Positions 7,737 through 17,074 of a stretch of DNA of 40,646 bases are shown here, in pieces. Every line of letters starts with the position of its first letter. Within the stretch, counting starts at the first letter, position 1. The notes below the pieces were generated by a model. It did not search any database. It was not told where the DNA came from and worked only from the letters and a program-made list of their open reading frames with translations. Both the position numbers and the translations under genes were made by a program. Source of the DNA: a virus (taxonomy: Duplodnaviria > Heunggongvirae > Uroviricota > Caudoviricetes). Location of the stretch: IMG/VR virus record IMGVR_UViG_2675903413_000001, positions 1 to 40,646 of that record; one strand, 5' to 3'.

Positions 7737-7830
7737 TTTGCCCTTGGATTTTATCCCTGGTAAAAGTGAATCGTTCCAATCTTAAGTCGGATACGCGCTG
7801 TGTGTAATTTCGGCAAGTGACGCAAAATCT

Positions 7831-8478
7831 TTACCCAAACGTCTCTTCAGGCCACTGAGCCTTAACTACCTTGCCTATGATTCGGCAGCTATGGTCGCAA
7901 TCCAGGGTTCTGTATGCCGGGTTTAAAGGCACCAGGTAACTAACCCCTGCATCCTTCTCATACTTCTTGAACGTTGCCTCTGAATCACCATTTGCAGAAG
8001 CTACGCAGAAATCCCCAGACTCTACCGGCTCGGCAGGGTCTACGAGTATTAGCATACCCTCAGGAAAGCTCGGCCTTACGCCCTGTGGCGCAGTCATAGA
8101 ATGGCCTTTCACCTCAAGCCAGAAAGCTTTTTCGCTGGCTTTTGTGGTCGTTGGGACCCATGCCTTTGCATCGCTGGCTGTGTAGCTTCCCACCTCCGAA
8201 AACGGCCCGGCCTGCACTGAAGAAAATAACGGGTACTCATATTGGCGAAATACGGCGTCTGAATCCTCGCCAAACATTATTTTTGCCGGAGATACGCCGA
8301 GTGCCGCCCCAAGAACCAGCGCGTCATCCGCGCTAACCTTTCTTGTTCCTAACTCGTAGTTACCCAGGCGTGAAGGCGCAGCCCAGCCGCAAAGCTTGGC
8401 CAATTGAGCCTGGCTAAGTCCTTTAGCTTCTCTAAGGGACTTGATCCTTTCCCCGATAATTTCATGCATCGTTTTCAT
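7831..8478 (-). CDS. cI: CI/C2-type prophage repressor (HTH plus LexA-like S24 peptidase domain)
   Basis: 215 aa; N-terminal HTH ([11 protein letters not shown]), C-terminal domain with GDSM and catalytic Lys region typical of autocleaving repressors; divergent from cro. Confidence 0.85.
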   Translation of the reverse strand: MKTMHEIIGERIKSLREAKGLSQAQLAKLCGWAAPSRLGNYELGTRKVSADDALVLGAALGVSPAKIMFGEDSDAVFRQYEYPLFSSVQAGPFSEVGSYTASDAKAWVPTTTKASEKAFWLEVKGHSMTAPQGVRPSFPEGMLILVDPAEPVESGDFCVASANGDSEATFKKYEKDAGVSYLVPLNPAYRTLDCDHSCRIIGKVVKAQWPEETFG

Positions 8479-8489
8479 CCCTTAAATGT

Positions 8490-8556
8490 AACACGCAACG
8501 TGATTGAACTCTGTACACGAATTGAGGTTGACTGTTAATCACAAATTGTGTGTAAT
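8490..8556. promoter_or_regulatory. OR operators with PR promoter (-35 TTGACT 8528..8533, -10 TGTAAT 8551..8556)
   Basis: Palindromes CACGcaaCGTG (8492..8502) and ATCACAaatTGTG (8538..8550) between the divergent repressor and cro. Confidence 0.55.
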
Positions 8557-8586
8557 GGGTGTGTGATTAATGCTAGGGAGACCGCA

Positions 8587-8805
8587 ATGAACAAAATTGC
8601 CCAGCAGCGAAAAAAAATCGGAGTTTCGCAAGCTGTACTAGCTTCGGCAATTGGTTGGGGGCAATCCCGCATCGCCAACTATGAGCTGAATATCCGTACT
8701 CCTGGCCTTAACGATTGCCGAATGATCGTAGAAGGCCTCAGGAAGTTAGGGTGCCAATGTTCTTTGGATGATGTTTTCCCTCCATCCAGTAACAAAGCCG
8801 CCTAA
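8587..8805 (+). CDS. cro: Cro-like HTH regulator (72 aa)
   Basis: ATG 8587 with SD GGGAG; HTH GVSQAVLASAIGWGQSRIANYE; first rightward gene after OR. Confidence 0.7.
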   Translation: MNKIAQQRKKIGVSQAVLASAIGWGQSRIANYELNIRTPGLNDCRMIVEGLRKLGCQCSLDDVFPPSSNKAA

Positions 8806-8813
8806 GCAGTACC

Positions 8814-8858
8814 CGCTCTTTTCAAAATGGACATTCGTCCTACGTCGCTGAAAAGCGA
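8814..8858 (+). promoter_or_regulatory. nutR: nutR: boxA-like CGCTCTTTT (8814..8822) and boxB-like hairpin TCGCTGAAAAGCGA (8845..8858)
   Basis: Located between cro and cII; same architecture as nutL. Confidence 0.55.
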
Positions 8859-8943
8859 GTTCCAATATATCTGACCAACTAAGGCCATATGCGTTTCCAC
8901 GCATACCTTTCAACTAACTATTCACTATTGGAAATATTAAGAA

Positions 8944-9240
8944 ATGACACAAGCAAGTTACAGCAAGCCAACACAGCGAGAAATTGATCGCGCAGAAACA
9001 GATTTACTCATCAACCTGTCAACGCTTACCCAGCGCGGTTTGGCAAAGATGATTGGCTGTCATGAATCGAAGATAAGCAGAACGGACTGGAGATTTATTG
9101 CTTCGGTCTTGTGTGCTTTCGGAATGGCATCAGACATCAGTCCGATTAGCAGGGCTTTTAAGTATGCGCTTGATGAAATCACAAAGAAAAAATCCCCGGC
9201 CGCCACCGAGGATTTTAAGCAAATTGATATGCAATTCTGA
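8944..9240 (+). CDS. cII: CII-type transcriptional activator
   Basis: 98 aa; C-terminus KKKSPAATEDFKQIDMQF matches remembered lambda CII KKRPAATERSEQIQMEF. Confidence 0.8.
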   Translation: MTQASYSKPTQREIDRAETDLLINLSTLTQRGLAKMIGCHESKISRTDWRFIASVLCAFGMASDISPISRAFKYALDEITKKKSPAATEDFKQIDMQF

Positions 9241-9271
9241 GGGAATTACTGGATCAATCCACAGGAGTAAT

Positions 9272-9439
9272 TATGACAAAACGTCGTAAGAAATACCAGG
9301 AAAAAGAAGAGATTCGACACCCTGATTCACCTGAGGGATTAGTGGTAGCCGCAGCAAATAACAGGGCGTTCGCAGAGCGCCTTGTTGGTGTTTACAGACT
9401 AGCCAAAGCAGGAGTGAAACATGGGCGTCGTTAAGTTAG
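9272..9439 (+). CDS. Possible small ORF (55 aa) between cII and O; low confidence
   Basis: Manual translation MTKRRKKYQEKEEIRHPDSPEGLVVAAANKQ...; good SD AGGAG; overlaps start of O-like gene. Confidence 0.2.
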
Positions 9440-10311
9440 CTGATTACAGGCATAACCCTGTACAACATCAGGAGGCATCCAGTATGGGGTATGTCTCTAT
9501 ACACCGCCAGTTTATGGACAGCAGGCTCTATAAGGACTCTCAGGCAGTACATCTTTGGCTTCACTTAATCCTCAAGGCTAATCACGAATCTACTGTCGTC
9601 AATACGGATATCGGTCCGATAACTGTTGATCGCGGTCAGATGATAACTGGACGCCCGTCGCTGGTCAGAGAAACATTCATCCCCGACAACAAAGTTCGGA
9701 GCTTATTACGGACTTTTGAGTCGAAAGGGATGCTTAATATTTGCTCGATGGGGAAGAAATTTAGCCTGTTTACAATCGTTAAATATGACGATTTTCAGGC
9801 AAAAAATTGTCCAACGGTTGTCCAACGGTTGTCCAACGCAAACACCAGTAATGGCGCGGCTCTCAGCGGAGATTGTCCAACGGTTGTCCAACGGTTGTCC
9901 ATAAACAATAATATAAATAATATCTCTAATACTGACGTATTAGAGAGTGCCACAGCAGACAAAAAGTCTGACAAGAAAAAACCTTCCGTCAGCTGTCAGG
10001 ATGTTGTCGATGCTTACCACAAAATCATTCCTGAAGCGCCAAGAATCCGCGCACTGAATGACAAGCGTAAAAACCAGATCCGAACGTTCTGGCGCAAAGC
10101 CGGAGTGATAACCCGCCAGCTTGACGGGCATGGGTTCACGATGCAGGACTGGAGAAATTATTTGAGCTACGTAGGCGAAAATTGCCGATGGATGTTCGAA
10201 GAGCGCCCAAACCATCAGCGCGGAACCGTCTGGCACAAAAAGGGATTTGATTTCCTGCTTAACGATAATACCTACCTGAAAGTTCGTGAGGGTGAACACG
10301 ATGACCGATAA
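9421..10311 (+). CDS. O: Replication initiation protein, lambda O-like replisome organiser with internal origin
   Basis: 296 aa; contains the iteron array; followed by overlapping helicase gene; alternative start at 9484. Confidence 0.7.
   Translation: MGVVKLADYRHNPVQHQEASSMGYVSIHRQFMDSRLYKDSQAVHLWLHLILKANHESTVVNTDIGPITVDRGQMITGRPSLVRETFIPDNKVRSLLRTFESKGMLNICSMGKKFSLFTIVKYDDFQAKNCPTVVQRLSNANTSNGAALSGDCPTVVQRLSINNNINNISNTDVLESATADKKSDKKKPSVSCQDVVDAYHKIIPEAPRIRALNDKRKNQIRTFWRKAGVITRQLDGHGFTMQDWRNYLSYVGENCRWMFEERPNHQRGTVWHKKGFDFLLNDNTYLKVREGEHDDR
9806..9903. repeat. ori: Replication origin iterons: six copies of TTGTCCAACGG in two groups of three
   Basis: aattgtccaacggttgtccaacggttgtccaacgc (9806..9840) and gattgtccaacggttgtccaacggttgtccat (9871..9903), inside the O-like gene as in lambda ori. 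Confidence 0.8.
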
Positions 10312-11737
10312 TTTTTATGCGCCGCCCCATAGCATCGAGGCAGAGCAGGCGGTGATTGGTGGATTGCTTCTGGATGATGACAGCAGTGAGCGCGTCCAGA
10401 AAGTTCTGGCGATGCTGAAGCCTGATTCATTTTACAGCCGACCACACAAAATCCTTTTCGAAGAAATAACCAGAATGCACCGGGAGCAAAAGCCAGTAGA
10501 TGGCCTGACGCTTTTCGATGAACTGGAGCGTAAATCGTTAACGGCGTCTGTTGGCGGTTTTGCTTATATCGCTGAGATCGCAAAGAACACGCCAAGCGCC
10601 GCAAACATCGTTGCCTATGCAATGCAGGTTCGCGAAACCGCAATGGAACGCTACGCCATCAACCGCATGACTGAAGCGACGGAATTGCTCTATTCCCGCA
10701 ACGGAATGACTGCGACGCAGAAGTACGAAGCTATTCAGGCGATTTTCACGCAACTGACAGACCATGCAAAAACCGGATCGCGTCGCGGCCTTCGCTCATT
10801 TGGTGAGGTCATGGAAGACTGGGTTAGCGACCTTGAGAAACGATTTGACCCATCAGGCGAACAACGGGGAATGAGCACAGGTATCCCATCGCTGGACAGG
10901 ATGCTGTCACCGAAAGGTCTGGTGAAAGGCTCTCTGTTTGTCATTGGCGCTCGCCCTAAGATGGGGAAAACGACGCTATACAGCCAGATGGCAATCAATT
11001 GCGCAGTGCATGAGAAAAAGCCCGCTTTGATGTTCAGCCTTGAAATGCCAGGTGATCAGATACTGGAAAAACTGGTAGGGCAGAAGTCTGGTGTTAACCC
11101 GAATATTTTTTACCTTCCGGCGACAAATGACGCTGATGACGGCTATCAGGGTGATTACGATGGTGACTTCAACAGGGCGATCGAAACAGCCAATCGCTTG
11201 AGTGAAATCGACCTGCTTTACATCGACGACACGCCGGGATTATCTCTGGCTCAAATCGTCAGCGAAAGCCGTCGAATCAAGCGAGAAAAAGGATGTGTTG
11301 GCATGATTCTGGTCGATTACCTGACACTAATGACTGCTGAGAAGGCCGATCGCAACGACCTTGCTTACGGCATGATCACCAAAGGACTGAAGAACCTTGC
11401 CAAAGAGCTTGATTGCGTTGTTGTGCTTCTGACGCAGCTTAACCGCGCACTGGAAAGCAGAACCAATAAACGCCCATTACCAAGTGACTCACGAGATACA
11501 GGGCAGATTGAACAGGATTGCGATTATTGGGTCGGGATCCATCGTGAAGGCGCTTTTGATGACAGTGTTCCACCTGGTGAAACTGAACTAATCCTTCGTC
11601 TCAATCGTCATGGCAATACCGGCACGGTGTATTGCATTCAGGCAAATGGCGCTATTTATGACACAGACCAACAGTCTGCTGAAATGCGCCGCCGTGAACG
11701 CGAGGAACCGCAGTCCAAGAAGAAAGGAGGATTCTGA
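10301..11737 (+). CDS. DnaB-like replicative helicase (P22 gene 12-like)
   Basis: Walker A GARPKMGKTT; DnaB N-terminal motif SIEAEQAVIGGLL; ATG 10301 with SD GAGG. Confidence 0.85.
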   Translation: MTDNFYAPPHSIEAEQAVIGGLLLDDDSSERVQKVLAMLKPDSFYSRPHKILFEEITRMHREQKPVDGLTLFDELERKSLTASVGGFAYIAEIAKNTPSAANIVAYAMQVRETAMERYAINRMTEATELLYSRNGMTATQKYEAIQAIFTQLTDHAKTGSRRGLRSFGEVMEDWVSDLEKRFDPSGEQRGMSTGIPSLDRMLSPKGLVKGSLFVIGARPKMGKTTLYSQMAINCAVHEKKPALMFSLEMPGDQILEKLVGQKSGVNPNIFYLPATNDADDGYQGDYDGDFNRAIETANRLSEIDLLYIDDTPGLSLAQIVSESRRIKREKGCVGMILVDYLTLMTAEKADRNDLAYGMITKGLKNLAKELDCVVVLLTQLNRALESRTNKRPLPSDSRDTGQIEQDCDYWVGIHREGAFDDSVPPGETELILRLNRHGNTGTVYCIQANGAIYDTDQQSAEMRRREREEPQSKKKGGF

Positions 11738-12006
11738 TGAATAAAAAACAATTAGCCATTCTCGAAAAGGCATGGGATGCACAAATATCATGCGCTTTGA
11801 AAGAACAGGCACTACCAATAATCCAGACCAAATCGAAAATAGCCAGGCAGTTATGCGATGACGGATTCCTGAACGAAGTTGAGATTACGCGCCAGATGGT
11901 AACGTTCAAAGGGTATGAGATAAATCATCATGGTATAGCGGCGTATTGCTCCCATCTTCCTGATGACGTTGACATTGATGAAATGGAAAGGGAGATGAAG
12001 CAATGA
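11737..12006 (+). CDS. Hypothetical nin-region protein (89 aa)
   Basis: ORF track; ATG overlaps helicase stop. Confidence 0.55.
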   Translation: MNKKQLAILEKAWDAQISCALKEQALPIIQTKSKIARQLCDDGFLNEVEITRQMVTFKGYEINHHGIAAYCSHLPDDVDIDEMEREMKQ

Positions 12007-12031
12007 CCATCTACATCACTGAGCTAATAAC

Positions 12032-12064
12032 AGGCCTGCTGGTAATCGCAGGCCTTTTTATTTG
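12032..12064 (+). terminator. Rho-independent terminator in nin region (tR2-like)
   Basis: Stem AGGCCTGC/GCAGGCCT (8 bp) followed by TTTTTATTT. Confidence 0.6.
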
Positions 12065-12079
12065 GGGGAGAGGGAAGTC

Positions 12080-12262
12080 ATGAATCTGGACGAGCAAGAT
12101 GCACAAACTATTAGCTCATACATAAGGGCATCAAGACCAGATTACAAAGGTCCGGTATTCGTAGATTTATCTCGCCTTGAAGAGATTTACATGTGGAAAG
12201 CAAGGTTACTTACGCATTTTGTTATTCGAACGATGACTAGCAACATTACAAAACCAATGTAA
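12080..12262 (+). CDS. Hypothetical nin-region protein (60 aa)
   Basis: ORF track 12062..12262; ATG 12080 with SD GAGGGAAG. Confidence 0.5.
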   Translation: MNLDEQDAQTISSYIRASRPDYKGPVFVDLSRLEEIYMWKARLLTHFVIRTMTSNITKPM

Positions 12263-12277
12263 CTGGAAGAGGTGAAT

Positions 12278-12493
12278 ATGAGCACACTCGCAGACCTTAT
12301 TCATGCCGATATGGCTGAAGATGGAGCAAGGCGTAATAGGTACTGGAAATCATCGAGACTTCCAGTTTGTGAAAGATTCAACCACAGGCCAAAACCAAAA
12401 CGTAGCCGACGAGACAAAGTGTTGAAAAAACTCATGCAAATTAACATGGCTGGTTTTGTCAGATTCGTGAGTGAAACGACTAACGGGGATTGA
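12278..12493 (+). CDS. Hypothetical basic protein (71 aa)
   Basis: ORF track; ATG 12278 with SD GGAAGAGG. Confidence 0.5.
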   Translation: MSTLADLIHADMAEDGARRNRYWKSSRLPVCERFNHRPKPKRSRRDKVLKKLMQINMAGFVRFVSETTNGD

Positions 12494-12494
12494 T

Positions 12495-12809
12495 ATGGAC
12501 GAATCAAGAAAGAAGTTTGAGGAATACGTTGCCAAAAAATTGAGATTACCATTCGAGATGATAACCGAGGCAAGAAATGGTGATAGGTACTTCGCATTTT
12601 CAAGCATGGATATTCGTCACTCCTTAAATGAGTGGTGGACTTTATGGCAGGCATCGCGAGCAGATATTGAAATAACCGCGCCAAAGTTTATCGACAGCAG
12701 AGAAGCATTAGCCAAAGGGTTTACTGTTGATTATTCCAATGGCTTCGGTGATGGAATGGATGCTTATGAGGAAAACATCCGCGCTGCTGGAGTCAAAGTA
12801 AAGGAGTAA
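12495..12809 (+). CDS. Hypothetical nin-region protein (104 aa)
   Basis: ORF track 12471..12809; ATG 12495 directly after upstream stop. Confidence 0.5.
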   Translation: MDESRKKFEEYVAKKLRLPFEMITEARNGDRYFAFSSMDIRHSLNEWWTLWQASRADIEITAPKFIDSREALAKGFTVDYSNGFGDGMDAYEENIRAAGVKVKE

Positions 12810-12811
12810 CG

Positions 12812-13222
12812 ATGAAGCAGACAATCTTCCTCCGAAGTAAGCAACAACAGCAAGCTGCAATCAACGCCATCCTCGCAACACCACTCGATAAAGACAAGCC
12901 AGTCACCATCCGCATTATTGACTACAAGCGCAACCTTGACCAGAACGCAAAATTTCACGCGATGCTGGCGGATATCGCACGTCAGGTTCAATGGTGCGGC
13001 AAATGGTTAAAACCAGAACAATGGAAGGTTTTGTTGATCAGCGGTCATGCAGTGGCAACAAAGCAGGAAGCTGATGTTTTGCCCGGGCTTGAAGGCGAAT
13101 ACGTCAACATTCGCGAAAGCAGCGCGCAGATGAGTGTGAAGCGTATGGCAAGTCTTATCGAGTACACAACAGCCTGGGCTATTGGTCAGGGTGTCAGATT
13201 TACCGACAGGAGGTACGAATGA
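12812..13222 (+). CDS. ninB: NinB-type recombination protein
   Basis: 136 aa; motif [32 protein letters not shown] resembles remembered lambda NinB. Confidence 0.75.
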   Translation: MKQTIFLRSKQQQQAAINAILATPLDKDKPVTIRIIDYKRNLDQNAKFHAMLADIARQVQWCGKWLKPEQWKVLLISGHAVATKQEADVLPGLEGEYVNIRESSAQMSVKRMASLIEYTTAWAIGQGVRFTDRRYE

Positions 13223-13395
13223 GACGACAGCGACGAAGTATCACCGACATCATCTGCGAAAACTGCAAATACCTTCCAACGAAACGCTCCAGAAATAAAC
13301 GCAAGCCAATCCCAAAAGAATCTGACGTAAAAACCTTCAACTACACGGCTCACCTGTGGGATATCCGGTGGCTAAGACATCGTGCGAGGAAATGA
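13219..13395 (+). CDS. ninD: NinD-like small protein (58 aa), not in ORF track
   Basis: Manual translation [58 protein letters not shown]; SD AGGAGG; ATGA overlap with ninB stop. Confidence 0.6.
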   Translation: MRRQRRSITDIICENCKYLPTKRSRNKRKPIPKESDVKTFNYTAHLWDIRWLRHRARK

Positions 13396-13799
13396 CAATG
13401 CTTTTAATTCAACCTGGATTTGGCCTTAGCATCAAAAAAGGCCACATGTTTGGCGAGAAAGAGTCACAACGAAAAATGGTGTCTATCCGGTTGCCATTTA
13501 TCAGTATTTATTGGCTAAACAGGGAGGCAACAAATTATTGGTATACATGCGCCAGAGCAGCATTTAACGACCCTGACTGGTTTGTGAAAAACCACCATGC
13601 AGTTCGTCAGGCAAAGAGAAAGGCCAATACGACATACATGAAGGCGTATCGAAAAGCATGGAAAGAACACCGCGATCGATACCAGCAAGACATGGAAAAG
13701 CTTGAATCAGAAAACATGGAATTAAGACGAAAGCTCGGTGAAGCAAAACGAGACATTGATGCTTACAAGCGACTTTTTAATGGTGAAAGCCATGCTTAG
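13392..13799 (+). CDS. Hypothetical nin-region protein with C-terminal coiled coil (135 aa)
   Basis: ORF track 13356..13799; ATG 13392 overlaps ninD stop. Confidence 0.5.
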   Translation: MTMLLIQPGFGLSIKKGHMFGEKESQRKMVSIRLPFISIYWLNREATNYWYTCARAAFNDPDWFVKNHHAVRQAKRKANTTYMKAYRKAWKEHRDRYQQDMEKLESENMELRRKLGEAKRDIDAYKRLFNGESHA

Positions 13800-13968
13800 T
13801 CCATCCCAATCCCTCCAATACCAGAAAGAAAGCGTCGAGCGGGCTTTAACGTGCGCTAACTGCGGTCAGAAGCTGCATGTGCTGGAAGTTCACGTGTGTG
13901 AGCACTGCTGCGCAGAACTGATGAGCGATCCGAATAGCTCAATGTACGAGGAAGAAGACGATGGCTAA
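13792..13968 (+). CDS. ninF: NinF-like Cys-rich small protein (58 aa)
   Basis: [44 protein letters not shown] matches remembered lambda NinF. Confidence 0.7.
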   Translation: MLSPSQSLQYQKESVERALTCANCGQKLHVLEVHVCEHCCAELMSDPNSSMYEEEDDG

Positions 13969-14572
13969 ACCAGCGCGAAGACGATGTAAAAACGAAGAAT
14001 GTCGGGAATGGTTTCACCCTGCATTCGCTAATCAGTGGTGGTGCTCTCCAGAGTGTGGAACAAAGATAGCACTCGAACGACGAAGCAAAGAACGCGAAAA
14101 AGCGGAAAAAGCAGCAGGGAAGAAACGACGACGAGAGGAGCAGAAACAGAAAGATAAACTGAAGATTCGAAAACTCGCCTTAAAGCCCCGCAGTTACTGG
14201 ATTAAACAAGCCCAGCAAGCCGTAAACGCCTTCATCAGAGAAAGAGACCGCGACTTACCATGTATCTCGTGCGGAACGCTCACGTCTGCTCAGTGGGATG
14301 CCGGGCATTACCGGACAACTGCTGCGGCACCTCAACTCCGATTTGATGAACGCAATATTCACAAGCAATGCGTGGTGTGCAACCAGCACAAAAGCGGAAA
14401 TCTCGTTCCGTATCGCGTCGAACTGATTAATCGCATCGGGCAGGAAGCAGTAGACGAAATCGAATCAAACCATAACCGCCATCGCTGGACTGTCGAAGAG
14501 TGCAGGGCCATCAAGGCGGAGTATCAGCAGAAACTCAAAGACCTGCGAAATAGCAGAAGTGAGGCCGCATGA
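13961..14572 (+). CDS. ninG: NinG (Rap) recombination-associated protein
   Basis: 203 aa; Cys motifs and size consistent with lambda NinG. Confidence 0.75.
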   Translation: MAKPARRRCKNEECREWFHPAFANQWWCSPECGTKIALERRSKEREKAEKAAGKKRRREEQKQKDKLKIRKLALKPRSYWIKQAQQAVNAFIRERDRDLPCISCGTLTSAQWDAGHYRTTAAAPQLRFDERNIHKQCVVCNQHKSGNLVPYRVELINRIGQEAVDEIESNHNRHRWTVEECRAIKAEYQQKLKDLRNSRSEAA

Positions 14573-14775
14573 CGTTCTCAGTAAAAACCATTCCAGACAT
14601 GCTCGTTGAAGCATACGGAAACCAGACAGAAGTAGCACGCAGACTGAAATGTAGTCGCGGTACGGTCAGAAAATACGTTGATGATAAAGACGGGAAAATG
14701 CACGCCATCGTCAACGACGTTCTCATGGTTCATCGCGGATGGAGTGAAAGAGATGCGCTATTACGAAAAAATTGA
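14569..14775 (+). CDS. ninH: NinH small DNA-binding protein
   Basis: 68 aa, [37 protein letters not shown] matches remembered lambda NinH. Confidence 0.75.
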   Translation: MTFSVKTIPDMLVEAYGNQTEVARRLKCSRGTVRKYVDDKDGKMHAIVNDVLMVHRGWSERDALLRKN

Positions 14776-15418
14776 TGGCAGCAAATACCGAAATATTTGG
14801 GTAGTTGGCGATCTGCACGGATGCTACACGAACCTGATGAAAAAACTGGAGACGATAGGATTCGACACCAAAAAAGACCTGCTTATCTCGGTTGGCGATT
14901 TGGTTGATCGCGGTACAGAGAACGTCGAATGCCTGGAATTAATCACATTCCCCTGGTTCAGAGCTGTACGTGGAAACCATGAGCAAATGATGATTGATGG
15001 CTTATCAGAGCGTGGAAACGTCAATCACTGGCTGCTAAATGGCGGTGGCTGGTTCTTTAATCTCGATTACGACAAAGAAATTCTGGCTAAAGCTCTTGCC
15101 CATAAAGCAGAAGAACTTCCGTTAATCATCGAACTGGTGAGCAAAGGTAAAAAATATGTCATCTGCCACGCCGATTATCCTTGTGACGAATACGAGTTTG
15201 GAAAGCCAGTTGATCATCAGCAGGTAATCTGGAACCGCGAACGAATCAGCAACTCACAAGACGGGATCGTGAAAGAAATCAAAGGCGCGGACACGTTCAT
15301 CTTTGGTCATACGCCAGCAGTGAAACCACTCAAATTTGCCAACCAGATGTATATCGATACCGGCGCAGTGTTCTGCGGAAACCTCACATTGATTCAGGTA
15401 CAGGGAGAAGGCGCATGA
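14753..15418 (+). CDS. ninI: Ser/Thr protein phosphatase (lambda NinI-type)
   Basis: Metallophosphatase motifs GDLHGC, GDLVDRG, GNHE; start MRYYEK. Confidence 0.85.
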   Translation: MRYYEKIDGSKYRNIWVVGDLHGCYTNLMKKLETIGFDTKKDLLISVGDLVDRGTENVECLELITFPWFRAVRGNHEQMMIDGLSERGNVNHWLLNGGGWFFNLDYDKEILAKALAHKAEELPLIIELVSKGKKYVICHADYPCDEYEFGKPVDHQQVIWNRERISNSQDGIVKEIKGADTFIFGHTPAVKPLKFANQMYIDTGAVFCGNLTLIQVQGEGA

Positions 15419-16038
15419 GACTCGAAAGCGTAGCTAAATTTCATTCGCCAAAAAGCCCGATGATGAGCGACTCACCACGGGCTACGGCTTCTGACTCTCT
15501 TTCCGGTACTGATGTGATGGCTGCTATGGGGATGGCGCAATCACAAGCCGGATTCGGAATGGCTGCATTCTGTGGTAAGCATGAACTCAGCCAGAACGAC
15601 AAACAAAAGGCTATCAACTATCTGATGCAATTTGCACACAAGGTATCGGGGAAATACCGTGGTGTGGCAAAGCTCGAAGGAAATACTAAGGCAAAGGTGC
15701 TGCAAGTGCTCGCAACATTCGCTTATGCGGATTATTGCCGTAGTGCCGCGACACCGGGCGCAAGATGCAGAGATTGCCACGGTACTGGCCGGGCCGTTGA
15801 TATTGCCAAAACAGAGCAGTGGGGGAGAGTTGTCGAGAAAGAGTGCGGAAGATGCAAAGGCGTCGGCTATTCCAGGATGCCAGCAAGCGCCGCATATCGC
15901 GCTGTAACGATGCTAATCCCAAACCTTACCCAACCCACCTGGTCACGCACTGTTAAGCCGCTGTATGACGCTCTGGTGGTGCAATGCCACAAAGAAGAGT
16001 CAATCGCAGACAACATTTTGAATGCGGTCACACGTTAG
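15415..16038 (+). CDS. Q: Late-gene antiterminator Q (lambda-type)
   Basis: 207 aa, reads as lambda Q by recollection ([19 protein letters not shown]...), Cys-rich zinc motif. Confidence 0.85.
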   Translation: MRLESVAKFHSPKSPMMSDSPRATASDSLSGTDVMAAMGMAQSQAGFGMAAFCGKHELSQNDKQKAINYLMQFAHKVSGKYRGVAKLEGNTKAKVLQVLATFAYADYCRSAATPGARCRDCHGTGRAVDIAKTEQWGRVVEKECGRCKGVGYSRMPASAAYRAVTMLIPNLTQPTWSRTVKPLYDALVVQCHKEESIADNILNAVTR

Positions 16039-16080
16039 CAGCATGATTGCCACGGATGGCAACATATTAACGGCATGATA

Positions 16081-16109
16081 TTGACTTTTTGAATAAAGTT
16101 GGGTAAATT
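16081..16109 (+). promoter_or_regulatory. Late promoter PR' (-35 TTGACT, 17-bp spacer, -10 TAAATT) with qut region
   Basis: ttgactttttgaataaagttgggtaaatt immediately downstream of Q, as in lambda. Confidence 0.65.
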
Positions 16110-16143
16110 TGACCCAACGATGGATAAATGCACTCGTTAAATA

Positions 16144-16176
16144 AAGCCCTGAGTTAATAGCTCGGGGCTTTTTCAT
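16144..16176 (+). terminator. tR'-like rho-independent terminator about 30-60 nt downstream of PR' start
   Basis: 9-bp stem AGCCCTGAG/CTCGGGGCT with one G-U pair, followed by TTTTTCATTT. Confidence 0.6.
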
Positions 16177-16525
16177 TTCTGCAATCCGGTCAGGACCTTC
16201 GAGTTAATGCGTGCTGCACGACACGTTGACACTCATACGCGAGAGTCCTGAGTCAGATTGAAGGCTATCAGGTAAGAGCATATCGACGCACTGATAGGGC
16301 TGGATTGGAAGATCATTCAGAGACCCGGCAGACAGATGTGTTCTTTCCGATGGTTTTCGTAAGCGACTTTGCGGTTTTTTAGAAACTGATCACAAAGATA
16401 AATGCAAACGAAGAAATGTATCTGGCCGTAGCTTAACCGCTAAACACCAGTGAGGTATTCCAGTTCCTCATCAACGAATCTGGCGCACTGGCCCGGTGTG
16501 ATTAATAATGGGCACACAACGGAAA

Positions 16526-16608
16526 GAGCATTACTGGTGACGGAGACTAGCGATTAGCTATATGCGAAAGTTCTAGAAGCCAAGGCGGTTCGACTCCGCA
16601 AGTGCTCT
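16526..16608 (+). other. tRNA-like fragment: canonical T-arm GGCGG-TTCGACT-CCGC and 7-bp acceptor-like pairing, but no canonical D or anticodon arm found
   Basis: ggcggttcgactccgca at 16584..16600; gagcatt (16526..16532) pairs with agtgctc (16601..16607); internal arms do not fold as tRNA. Confidence 0.3.
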
Positions 16609-17074
16609 TTCAGTTGTGGTGAATACGCAGGCTGATGCGTTAATCAGGTGAACGAGACACCCGCCGGTCCGTGATATGGCACACCGTGCCGGTCATATCT
16701 GCCGCGGTTAGGTTTACGAGGATTTCGTAAAGCTGGTCTAGGGTGAAGCCGTGAAAGCGGAGGAAGTAAAACGAGGCGTCGGTACACGCCTATCGTCATT
16801 AAGTCGGAGTTCAGCACCGACCGCCACAACCCAAACTGGGCCGTAGCCACTGGCTATCCTGAATTCATCAGTGATAGTTATGCTGCGGCTTTCTACACAT
16901 GACCTTCGTGAAAGTGGGTGGCAGGAGGTTGCGCTAACAACCTCATGCCGTTTTGCCCGTGCATATCGGTCACGAACAAATCTGATTACTAAACACAGTA
17001 GCCTGGATTTGTTCTATCAGTAATCGACCTTATTCCTAATTAAATAGAGCAAATCCCCTTATTGGGGGTAAGAC

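Noticed and set aside
9244-9270. Possible OOP-like antisense RNA terminator near the cII 3' end
   Set aside because: A 7-bp inverted repeat (AATTACT/AGTAATT) exists but has a 13-nt loop and no T-run on either strand, so it is not a convincing terminator.
9706-9904. ORFs on both strands across the iteron array, and the repeats as a possible CRISPR array
   Set aside because: Repeats are contiguous 11-bp iterons without spacers inside the O-like gene, so they are an origin, not CRISPR; the ORFs are repeat-driven artefacts.
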